Part shown: one piece after another, positions 12,666-23,925 of the stretch
How the letters are laid out: each line of letters starts with the position of its first letter
Numbering within the stretch: position 1 is the stretch's first letter
Program-made: the position numbers and the translations under genes
The notes under the pieces: model-generated
The model's database searches: none
Seen by the model: only the letters and a program-made list of their open reading frames with translations
Told to the model about the DNA's origin: nothing
Assembly (NCBI GenBank): GCA_004431415.1
Contig: QPMI01000247.1
Location: 49,444-113,443 of the forward strand
Length of the DNA stretch: 64,000 nt
Direction: 5' to 3'
Source of the DNA: Cyanophora paradoxa CCMP329
Lineage: Eukaryota > Plantae > Glaucophyta

Positions 12666-15600
12666 CTGCATGCTTGGCCCGCACTGCAGCGGCGCGGCGC
12701 TGAGGCCCGGGGCTGGGACCGACCAGCTGCAGCTCACGTTCACGGTGCCCTGTGCTGGCGCCGCGTACTGCGCCTGCGCCGCGTGTTGCGGGGCCGCCGG
12801 AGCGTTCTGTGTGGCTGCGGCTGCGGCTGCGGCTGCTGATTTCGAAGCTTCCTGCACCGAAAGCCGCGGGGCCGGCGCTGCGGGGGCCGTGCACGTGGGG
12901 GCCGGCGCCGCCGGGGCCGTGGGGGCATGCTGCGCCGCGGAGGTCGCCAGAGCATTCCGCGCCGCCGGAGCGTGCCGCACGGGACCCGTCGGGGCCGCGG
13001 GGGCCGTCGAAGTTGGAGCTTCAGAGGTTCCCCCCGCCCATTCCTTCGCGGCTGGGTCGAGAATCCTGGAGGGCTCCTGCAGGGCCACAACCGTCGTCTC
13101 CACTTCCGGCGGCGCCTGGGACAAGTCGTGTTCTGCCGTGGCTGGGAGGGATGGCGCGGCTGGGAGAGGAGGGCCCCACTCGGGTGGCGCGATCTGTGTC
13201 GAGGCGGGGCGAGAGACCGGCGCCGCCGTGGTCGAAAGGCGAGCCTCGCCAGCCGCCGCCTCCTCCGTCCGGAGCTCGCTCCGCTCTGAATCCTCCTGCT
13301 TGCAGACCTCAGCGCCGGCGACAATTCTCGGAGGGAGATGACACGGGTAGCGCACCGGCTTGTCAGGAGCGGCCTTGGCAGGAGCAGCGGCTTGTTCATC
13401 GTGACGCCCTGCGACGATCTCGAGTCCGAAAGTTATGGTCCGCTTGAAGCAAGAAGAGGCCGGGCGTTCACACCGGCCCGTCGGGCGAGGCGCCGAGTCG
13501 CTTCCGGCGTGACGAGATGATGTCGAGGCCGCAACCAGCGAGGAAGCTCCGCAGGCGATGGCACGCCTCCGGGGTCCCCGGCGCAGGGTCGTGCACTCCG
13601 ACCCGCGGCGCCTCCCCGGGCCCGAAGAGGGCACGGTAGAAGGGCTGCTCCCGGTACTCTGCGTGCGGTGGGCGGTGAGGTGCGACCGATGCCGCGCCCC
13701 GCAGGATGCACGCAGGCACCTTCCAGCCGATAGCAGAGGCCGCGGCGGCTTGCCTCCTCGGGGCCACACACTGCCTCGGCTGTTCGATTGGCGGGTAGCG
13801 CAAAGGTGGGCGGCGGCCCGCGGGCGCACGGGCGATAAGGACGGCGTCGCGGACGCGGCGGGCTGTGAAGAGGCAAACGTCGGGGCGAAGACCGATGCAT
13901 AACTACGAAAGGATCGCCAAAATGAAGGCAGGCATGGACCGGAGCAGCGGGCGAGCGCACAGTCATGCCACCCCACTTGAACTTGACTTCTATTCTGGGC
14001 AAGCCGCCTCCCGCCTTAAGCTTGACTTGGGACACGACATTGGCGGGCAAATTGCCGCCCTTTAGATCTCTGAGCGGCATGTTCTCCAGTTCCTCGCTGT
14101 CGGGCTTGGCCTGTCAGAAATCAGTGTCCGGTTTTAAGCAAGGGGAGGCCGTGCCCACACACCAGCCCGTCAGGTGAGGTGCGCAGTCGCTTGCGGTCAG
14201 ACAAGCTGATCTCAAAGCCGCAGTTGACAAGGAAGCTCCGCAGGCGGTGACACGCCTCGCGACTCCCCGGCGCGGGGTCGTGCACTCCGACCCGCGGCGC
14301 CTCCCCGGGCCCGAAGAGGGCGCGGTAGAACGGCTGCTCCTGGTACTCTGCGCGCGGCCAGCGGTGAGGTGCGACCGATGCCGCGCCCCCGCGGCAGGCA
14401 CCTTCCAGCGGATTGCAGAGGCCGCGGCGGCTTGCTTTCTCAGGGCCAAAGACTGCCTCGCAGTTCGGATCAGTAGGTAGTGCAAAGACGGGCGGCGGGC
14501 GCACGGGCGATAAGGACGGCGTCGCGGACACAGCAGGCCGTGTAAAGGCGCACGCCGGGGCGCAGAGCGGCGGAGAACTGCGAGATATTCATGATCATGA
14601 TATCGATCAGGCAGTACTAGTTTGAAAGGCAGATAAAATCTGGTAGGCGATCGCACATTGGTTGCACCCCACATAAGCTGAACGCCAAATCTAAACTGTG
14701 ACGAGCCATCTCCGTCCTGCGAAACTCGGCAGTAGACGTTCGCAGGTAGTTCATCGCTCTCCTCTAGAAAAACGTTCTCCGGCACATCGCCATCGGGCTC
14801 GGGCCGCCGCGCCGGCCCCTCCGGCCGGCGGGCCCCGCTGGAGGGCCCGAAGCAGTCGCAGCGGGCGGCCAGCCACTCCACGAGCCGCGCGCGGGCGGCC
14901 GGCGTCCCCGGCTCCGGGTCGTGCACGCCGACCCGCGGCGGGCCCTCGCCCCCGAAGAGCTCCCGGTAGAAGGGCTCCCCCTCGTATTCTGTCGGATTGC
15001 TCAGAGGCGCCACTAATACTAAATGACGGGTATACGTAGGGGAAAGGCACCTTGGAGGGGCCGGGAGAGGCCGGGGCGGTCGGCGGCGGCGGGCCCGAAG
15101 AGGGCGAGGGCGACGCGGTCGCGTGCCTGCGCGAGGGCCGCCCCATCCTCCAGCCCCTCCCGCACGGGCACGCGGACCTGCGGGGCAAGGCGACAGGGTG
15201 AGCTGGGGGGAGAGCAGCCGGCCGCAGGCGGCGCCCAACGCGCCTCTACGCTGCCCCACAGGAAGCTGACATGATGAGCATCAGAGACCTCCTCATGTAC
15301 CGGAAGCTCGGCAGGGGAGGCCTCTTGGGGGCGCGGGAGGGGCGGGAGGGCGCCGAGGGAGCGGAGGAAGGCGCGGAGGCGGCGGCGGGCGGCGCGCGTG
15401 CCGGGCTCCTGGTCGCGCAGGCCGACGCCGGGTGCCGGGCCGGGGCCGAAGAGGGCCCGGTAGAACGGCTCCTCGGCGTACTCTGCAGCGGCACAGGAGA
15501 GGAGGCAGTGTTGCGGGGCAGCAGCAGGGCCATGCATCGCCAGCAGCGCCCGGTCCCGGCACTGCATGAAGACCTGTCGGGAAGGCCGCAGGTGTGCGCG

Positions 15601-16858
15601 TCATGCGGAGCGTGCAGCAGAGGAGGGGCGGGGGCGGGCCTGAGGGTCGGTGCCGTGGCCGAGGGCGGCGCGGAAGGGCGCGCCGCCCCACTCGAGGTCG
15701 AGGTGGTCGACGCCGTCGGGGGAGACCAGCCAGTGGGGGAGGGGCCCGCGCAGCCACGCTTCCGACCCCTCCCCGTCGCTCGTCTCCTTCAGCGCCTGCG
15801 GCGGGGCCCCCTGCAAATGCGGTCGGTATGAGGAAGCAACACAGAAAACAGGCGACGGGGCGCACAGCGCTGCGCTCGAGGGCGCCGACGCTGCGGAGGT
15901 ACTCCACGAGGCGGTCGCGGGTGGCGGGCATCCGCGGCTCGGGATCGTGCACCCCGACCTGCACACGGCCCCGGCCCGACCCGCGCTCAGCTCTGTGGCG
16001 CCTGGCCCAGTGGGCCTGCTGAGGAAGAAATTCTCGCCTTGGGCGGGTCCGCCGACTCGAACATCTCCTTGTAGAAGCGCTCCGATGCGAACTCTGCGGT
16101 GCGAAGCGTGAGGCGTATACGTATTCTGCAGCGTTGCGGGTGCCCGCGCGGGTTGCACCTTGGATCGGGTGGGAAAGCTGTGCAGCCGCCTCCGCAGGGC
16201 CGCACAAGCAGATGAGCAGGCGGTCCCGCTCCCGGCTCATGTTCTGCAGCGGGCCGGGCACATCAAGGATGCCTACAGGACGCGGGCTGGGCGCGGAAGT
16301 TGCAGGCCTCGACGGTGCAGTTGAAAGGTACGTAGATCTGCAACGAGTCGATTCGGGTAGAGGTGCACGAGGCTGGCGCGGAGGCGCACCATCAAGCCCC
16401 TCCACGCGCGGTTGAAAAAGTAGAGGCGCTTTTTACGATAAACCCAGGGGGGCAGGCGGCCCCCCTGCTCATCGACGTCCACGCATCTGGAGTTGCCCAT
16501 CTGGAACCCGCACGCGCCGGACGAGGCTCAGGTCACAAGACTCATGGTGTGCGGGGTGGGAGCACCGCTTTCGATTTGTGCAAGTTTCGGATCCGCGGCG
16601 CCCGATTCTTTCTACATGTGCCCGTCCTTGCCTTCTTCGTCTCAACATACTCCGGATTCTTCTCATCTTCCTCCTCTGCATCCTTTCTCTCATTTGAAGC
16701 AGGGACTCCGCCCGCGTCACATCCCGCCTCATCAGACTGTTCCGGCACTCTCGTGATCAGAGCGTTCGCGGAGAATTCGAAAGAGAGGAAGGGTCCGGGC
16801 CGGGGCGCACCTCGCTATCCGTTGCGTCCAGCTTTACCACTTCTGGTCGTGAATGCAT
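11678..16858 (-). CDS. Multi-exon protein with five degenerate AP2-like repeat modules, an Ala/Pro/Gln-rich linker and a C-terminal KHA/ubiquitin-like domain (paralog B)
   Basis: Five modules of about 100 aa share intron positions and motifs (LPxxV, W-G, RD..L.LFGP..A...L..P, FYR.LF, VGVHDP.PG). C-terminus GGDVEALLREASRHFGAHLVE|LWDNDFNRV...PIFYVVDASGR*. Start tentative (MHSRPEVVKLDATDSE). Confidence 0.6.
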
Positions 16859-17258
16859 CCAGTGGCCTTCTGCGGCTCAATGTCGAGTTACATAATCAAG
16901 CAAAGCCGGAAGCACTGCGGCACCGCGATCACCTTGGCCTCGCCTCGCTCGCTTCGCCGACCTCTCACCTTCGCAGCTCAACGTCTCGCAATCTGCTGCT
17001 TTGAGCTTATAATGAGACACGGACGCGCACGCAGCTGCAGCTGCATAAATATGATGCGATAGAAGACGTAAATATCTTGCACGGCAAGAGAACAACTTCG
17101 AGTGTGTGTACATGTCTTCCATGCATACCATTTGAATTTGCGTTTACTGCGGGCGAGCTCGAGGTAGATCTAGAAGCCACATGTGCAGGTGCGGCGGAGC
17201 CATGCCAGCACCACTGCGCCGCACCGCCACATGTCTCTTCTGCGACAGCGTCAAAGCT

Positions 17259-19502
17259 TCAGACTGCGCAGCCGCGGGCCACGGAGGCGCTGAACATAAC
17301 CATGAATGATCGCAGGGGCCCCGCATTCGCACCTGACGAGGCTTGTCCCGCCTCCGCCTGCCCCTGTGCTGGCGAGGCCTGTACATGTTCATCCTCCTCC
17401 CACTCTTCCCCGTCATCCTGCCATGGCGATGGCCAGCGGGAAAGTTAGCGACGCTCAGATAACAGGTCAGATCGCAGGCGACAGGCGGCCAGCGGAGCTC
17501 ACGATCGGCGCACCGGTCCGTCAGGTGAGGCGTCGAGTCGTTTAGAGGCTGACGAGACGATCTCGACGCCGCAGTTGACAAGGAAGCTCCGCAGGCGGTG
17601 GCACGCCTCCGGGGTCCCCGGCGCGGGGTCGTGCACCCCAACCCGCGGCGCCTCCCCGGCTCCAAAGAGGGCACTGTAGAACGGCTGCTCCCGGTACTCT
17701 GCGCGCGGCCGGTGCTGAGGTGTGGCCGGTGCCGCGCCCCGCGGCAGGCACCTTCCAGCCGGTAGCAGAGGCCGCGGCGGCTTGCCTCCTCAGGGCCAAA
17801 GACTGGCCCGCAGGCCGATCAGCGGCCGCGGGTAGCGCAAAGACGGGCGGCTGGCGCACTGGCGATGAGGATGGCGTCCCGGACGCGGCGGGCCGTGAAA
17901 AGGCGCACGCCGGGGCGCAGTACGGCGGTGAACTGCGGGAACATCACGGAATATTAATAAAGCCGGGCGGGTGATTGCTCACGTTCGAAGAACTCCATCT
18001 GACTTGGACGCGGAAGCGGCGTCGGCCATCCTTTCTACCACGGTCAGCGGTGACGCTGGCGGGCAGGTCTACGCCCTCCGCCAGCACCACGTTCTCCGGT
18101 ACAGCGCCCTCGCCCTCGCGATCGGCCGGCTGCAGCCTCTTGATTGGCCCGTTCATGTCGGCGCGCCTCTCGAGGGCGCCGACGCTGCGGAGGTACTCCA
18201 CGAGGCGGTCGCGGGTGGCGGGCATCTGCGGCTCGGAATCGTGCACCCCGATCTGCACACGGCGCCGGCCCGACCCGCGCTCAGCTCTGTTGCGCCTGGC
18301 CCAGTGGGCCTGCCGAGGAAGAAATTCTCGCCTTGGGCGGGGCCGCCGACTCGAACATCTCCTTGTAGAAGCGCTCCGAGGCGTACTCTGTGATCCGGCT
18401 CAGAACGAGCAGGCCGGCGCCTGGGGCGGCGCTGCGGGTGCCTGCACAGGTTGCACCTTCGATCGGGCGGGTGAGTCGTGGAGTCGCCTCCGCAGGGCCG
18501 TACAAGCAGATGAGCAGGCGGTCCCGCTCCCGGCTCACGTTCTGCAGAAGGCCTCTCAATGTCCCTCGAAGCGCAGGTCTAGCGCGACGTACCTCGACAG
18601 CGCAATTCAGCGGGATATAGATCTGCAAGGCCGAGTCGGGCGTATGCAAACTTGCGCGGCGCGCACAAAGGGACGCACCCTAGAGCCCCGCCACCCGTGG
18701 TCGAAGTAATAGAAGCGCCCCGTGTGCCGAATGCAGGGGGGAAGCGTGTTCCCCAACTTGTCCACGCATGTTTTCCGGCTCCGCGAGGCTACCTGCTCAT
18801 GGGCGCCGCGTCAAGGTCGAGCACCAGCCACAGGGATCGCTGGCCAGGGCGCGCGGGGGCACCGTCGGCGTGTTGTGCGAGCAGCTCTGCGCCGGCACCT
18901 CCCCGCCCCCGAGCTCGAGCTCGACCTCGCCCCCCGTCACCTCCAACTCGGGGGACGCCGGCATCTGCAGCGCCGCTTCCTCCGCCTCGAGCTCCTCCGC
19001 CTCCGCCTCTGACCCCACGTTTGAATCGTCCTCCTCCGTCTCCTCCTCCTCGATCTTCACGCAGCCAGCAGCCGCCGCCGCGGCCATGTGCCTGCAGCTG
19101 TGCGCCTCTAGATCTTGCGCCTGCGTCTGTCGCCCGGTCAGAGCCCTTGGAGCGCTCGTGCAGAGAGAGTTGGAGTCAGGCGCGCATGCGCACCTCGTCA
19201 TCCGTGTCCTCCAGCTTGATCACATCGATGAGCACGCGGCCGCGGCCGCGGCCGCGGTCGACGTCGACATCGCCTTGCAAATGCATGCGCAGGCGCGCAC
19301 GGCGCGGCCGACCACCTGCGACCGAAGTGTCAGATCTACGCTCGCATGGCGTGACGGGCGTGGCGGAGGCCCTCACTCACTTGCGTCTGAGGGATGCGCC
19401 CTAGCTATAGGCCTATTCGTCGGCCTAGACCTCGCCGTGGCCGCGCGGGGTTCGCTTTCGGCAAGCCGATGTATCTGCAGCTTCTGCGCTCGTCTCCGGC
19501 AT
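17259..19502 (-). CDS. Paralog A of the AP2-like repeat gene (two modules, acidic N-terminal region, no KHA-like tail)
   Basis: ATG at 19502 (MPETSAEAAD...). DVIKLEDTDDE matches paralog B EVVKLDATDSE. Modules at about 18170-18740 and 17540-18080 are closely similar to 15870-16470 and 14200-14750. Confidence 0.55.
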
Positions 19503-19875
19503 GCCGGCCGCGGTTCGTAGGCGTATTTGAAACTATGCTCGCCACCCGCCTGCTACGTGCACTTCTCGCGCAGAGCACTGGAATCTGGATTCGCGTACGT
19601 TGTAAGCGCTTGCCGTTGAGCGATGCTCGACGTCGCTAGCGCTGCGTGCGGGTTGTATAACACCTCTACCCTACCCTAGCTCGCCCCCCCCCCCTCCGGT
19701 TGGGATTCAAGCTAGGAGGCAGCGCCGCAGAACGGTCGTGCACGGTGCGGCGAGCACTTCAGCTCACGACATGCGACATGCAACGTAGATTGCATCGTAA
19801 ATTGCAGCACCGCAGATTGCAGATTGCCGAAGCTCACGTCAACACGGCAGCTCGCGGCCCCGCCAACGCAGAACG

Positions 19876-20924
19876 CGGGGTCCTACGGCTACGGCGCAGC
19901 CCCGCTCGCCTCGGCGCCAACCTTTCCGCCCTTCGCTCAGCCCTATGCCTTCACGTGCAGCTACTCCGCAGCTACTCCGCTCCCTTTGCCGCCGGGGGCG
20001 CTGCCCCGATGTTTTCGGAATTCGGCGCAAGGCGCCGGCGCCCCGTCCTTCCTCTACGCGTACGGGGCGGAGGCTTCGAGCTGCGGCGCCGGCATCGGCA
20101 CAGCTCCGTACGGGGCTTCGACCCTCGGCTGCGCATATGCGAACTTCCCTATGCAGGCCACGGCCCACACCCAGCGGGCGGCGCCCTCCGCCCTGTACAA
20201 CGTCGGGGGCGCCGCCTTCATGATCACTGAGCAGACCTTTTCGTGGCCCTCGCAGGCCGCCGCTGGGCCTACCCAGGCAACGAGCTTCCAGCAAATCGCG
20301 TGGCAGCCTTCGGCAGCGGCAGCGGCGGCGGCGGCCGGGTCGGGCGCCACCTTCGCGCAGCAAACTCGCTCGTGGCTCTCGCAAGCCGGCGCTTCCCGGG
20401 CCACGGGTTCCAATCTGCCCTCGTGGCAGCCCGCGGCCGCGGCTGGGCGGCTGGCCGCGGCGATAGCGGCGGAGGCCGCGGGGCCGGCGGGGGCGGGGCG
20501 GCCGGAACGGCGGGGGCGGGGCGGCGGGGCGGGGGCGGCGGGGCCGGCGGGGCGGCGGGGCCGGCGGGGGCGGCGGGGCCGGCGGGGGGGGCGGGGGCGC
20601 TGCGGCTGAACGTGCGGCGGCTGCCGCAGTCGGGGGAGGGGCGGGCACGGGGCATCCGCTTCGGGGGCGATGTGGAGGCGCTCCTGCGAGAGGCCTCCCG
20701 CCACTAGTACTTCGGCGCCCACCTCGTCGATCGCGAGGCCCGCCCCGCCCCGCCCCGCCCCACCCGCCCCGCCCCGCCCCGGCGCTGACGGGGGCGCATG
20801 CGCAGCTGTGGGACAACGACTTCAACCGCGTGGCGACGGCGGCGGAGGTGGCGCAGGCGGCAGCCGCGAGCCCCATCTTCTACGTCGTCGACGCCTCCGG
20901 GCGGTAGCCGCGATCATAGCCCGA
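19876..20924 (+). pseudogene. Inverted, disrupted copy of the 3' end of paralog B (KHA-like exons)
   Basis: Same exons and introns as 11661-12665, but with an in-frame TAG created by a 6-bp insertion (20703-20711), a 7-bp insertion (20017-20023) and a short tandem duplication (cagctactccg, about 19958-19979). Confidence 0.85.
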
Positions 20925-21853
20925 CCGGATTGAACCCCAGACCAGAGGCCTTGTGTTGTCGTCTCGCGTTGCAGCGGACAAACTCGAAGCAATATAAATT
21001 ACAGCATCTCGCCGAGATCTAGATCTAGCTATATATATAGATCGCACTATCGTGAATTCGAACAATTTTAATATTAATATTGATTTAATAGACGTCATGA
21101 TAACGCGTACGCGTACGACGCATGACCACGCCATGACGGCTACATATGTACTACGTTACTCTACGTGCGCTTTACGCGGAGATCATCGCGATCGGATGGT
21201 ACCGGTGGCCAGACCCTCAGGGCCTCGCCGAGTCGGGCCTGAGATCTAGAGGCTGCAGCTGAGACGTCGACACGTACACGCTGCGGCATGCGCATGATAA
21301 GCCTTGATCATGAATTCGAAGCCCGGCGGCCTTGATCATGAAGTGTATTGCACAGTAACGATCTATATTCACAGCGTCACTGACTCACTGGGATTCATGA
21401 TCACTGCAATGATGACTCCGAAGGACGATGTCGCTGTTCATGAAAGAAACGAGTACTGATGTACGGTCTCTGTGCTGCATGCCGATATTGATTCGAGATT
21501 TGCGAGTACCCTAGCGTATTCTTAATCTAGCCTAATGCACTCAATAAAACAGTACTAATCTGCGATCTAGATCTTGATCTGAGACCAGAATCAAAACCAG
21601 GCACTGTCTAGCAATCACAGGAGCGGGGTGAGGAACTAATGCAACTGGGAGGCTCGTGAAATTAATACCTAAGAGAACTGGACATCGGCCGGCCGCGGGG
21701 CGTGCGGCGCGGCGGCCGACAAAACGTAAATGAAAGCAACATTGATCAGAAACGTGATAGCGGATAGCAGAGAGCAGAAGGCCATGCGAGGACCGAGGTG
21801 AAGCGGAGCCGGGGATGGCGGGGCCGGCGCGGGCGCGGGGCGCCCGAAGCGGG

Positions 21854-23925
21854 TCAGGCGTCGGCGGGGCCGGCGTCGGCGCCGAGGGAGGCCTGGTCCT
21901 TGAGGATGGACTGGAGGGAGCGGACGAGCTCCATGTCCCCCTCCGCCTCCGCCACCTGCCGGGCACCCCGCGCTCGCTCAGCTGTCCCACGCCGCCCTCC
22001 CCGCTCCCCCTCCCCCTCGCCCGCGCACCTCGGCAGCGGCGGAGAGGGCGGTGGTGCACCAGACGGCCGAGGAGACGCCCGTCTTCTTGCACGGCCGCTC
22101 GAACAGGTTCTTGTTCAGCCGCTTCACGACCTGCGGGGCGGCCTCAGCTGCGGCAGACGCCCAGGGCGCCCGCCTGGGCCGGCTCGCCTGGTGGATGGAG
22201 GAGTTGGGGTTGCCCTCCACGCGCCGCCGCGCCTCCCGAATCTCCTGCAGCAGCTCCTGCGCCGGGGCGGTGTCAGCAGAGGCGCGGGGCGGGGCGGCGG
22301 GGGCGGGGGCGCCTGCTCGTCGAAGCGGGCGATGGGGGAGATGCGGCGGGCGCGCTGCAGGGCCGAGAGGCCCCGCACGACGATGTCCCACCGGTCCAGC
22401 GAGTTGATCTTGCGGAAGGGCCACCTGCCGGGCGCGACCGTCAGAGGAGGGGTCGGGCGGGGGCGGGGGCCCGGGCGGACCGGGCGACGCCGAGGGTGCG
22501 GCAGACGCGCTTGAGGCGGGTGGTGGACCAGCCGAGGCGCTCCGCGGCGTCCTCGGAGGAGAGGTGGAAGAGGGCGGCGAGCTCGCCCAGCTTCACCGGC
22601 TTCGCCGCCGACGAGGACGACGACGCCGCCTCCCCCTCCGGCTCCGCCTCCGCCCCCGCCTCCCCCCGCTCCTCCTTGGGCCGCGCGAAGACCGGCGTCG
22701 CGTTCGACTGCGCCGGGCCCATCGGCGAGGGCCGCGCCGCGGACCGCGGCGTGCCGCCCGAGCCGCGCGGCGTGCCGCCGGAGCCGCGCGAGGGCCGCGG
22801 CGCGTGCCGCTGCGCGTTGGGCGGCGCCGGCACGTCGGGGATGGCGAGGGCCAGGCGGGGCATGTTGCCGTAGGGGACGTGGGCGTGGGCCATGGCCGCC
22901 CCGAAGGGCCCCGCCGCCAGCTGCTGCCCGTCGCACGCGCAGTCTCCCGGGCGCCGGAGGCCGCACACGCCGCAGTGCGGCTGCGACGGCATCTGCTGCC
23001 CCATCCCGTTCGCCGCCGGCGCCCCGGCCTGTTCGTGTGCGCCCCATCTGCTGTTCATGTGCGCCCCGCCGGCCGCCGCCGGCCCGGCCTGCATCGGCTG
23101 CTCGGGGCCGCAATCCTCCCCCGCCGCCGCCGCCGCGCTTGGGTCGAAGCCCCCGCTCCGCCGCACCGGCTCCTGCCCCTGCGACGCGACGGCCGCGTGA
23201 GCGGCGGCGGGCAGCGGAGTGGGTCGCATCGCACCCACGCGTTCATCTGCTGCTGCATGGGCTGCTGCATCTGCTGCTGCATCTGCTGCTGCATCTGCTG
23301 CTGCATCTGCTGCTGCATGCCGTCGGGGCTCATGCTCATGCCCCGGTACTGCCCGGGCGCCATCATGCGCGGCGCGAAGGCCCGCATGGCGACGGGGCCC
23401 TGGCCCTGCATGCCGCCCATGTGCATGCCGCCCATGCCGGCCGGCTGCGGCTGCTGCATGGGGAAGGCCGACATCGGGTTGTTCAGCACCTCCACGTACG
23501 GCTGGCCTCCAGACTGCTGGAACTGCGGGCGCTCGCAGTGCTCCGGGCAGACGTGGTACTCGGCCGAGGGCGGGCAGCTGCAGGAGCCCGGACCGGGCAC
23601 GACGAAGGCCGGTCCCGGCATGGGCTCCATCATGCGCGGGACCCAGCTCGACGAGAGCGGCATGAACGGGTACGGCCCCGGCGCTCCGTCAGGGGCGGAG
23701 CAGAATGCTGCGGGCGGGGAAGTCGACGTCAGGGCGCTCGGCGGGTTGCTTCCGGGCATCCCGGCTCCGGCAATGTTGCGGGAGGTGCGCACGAGCACCG
23801 GGGATCAGCCCCAGAGAGAAGCGCCGTGAGAACGGAGCGCCCTCGTCGTCCATCGATAGCGGAGTGACGGCGGGCAGCGACGGAAGAGGTCCGGCCAACC
23901 CCATGTTACTGCCCTGCTCCTCCAT
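21854..23925 (-). CDS. RWP-RK transcription factor with Met/Gln-rich region
   Basis: VKLGELAALFHLSSEDAAERLGWSTTRLKRVCRTLGVA|RWPFRKINSL; (MQQQ)n activation-type tract; start tentative (MEEQGSNM). Confidence 0.9.
23243..23318 (-). repeat. 12-bp coding minisatellite (ATGCAGCAGCAG)n encoding about six MQQQ units
   Basis: Tandem catctgctgctg units on the + strand. Confidence 0.9.

Noticed and set aside
19665-19682. ccctaccctag as an interstitial telomere repeat
   Set aside because: Only two imperfect units.
11661-20924. Autonomous transposon with long TIRs
   Set aside because: No transposase and no TSD; the arms are gene exons and introns.
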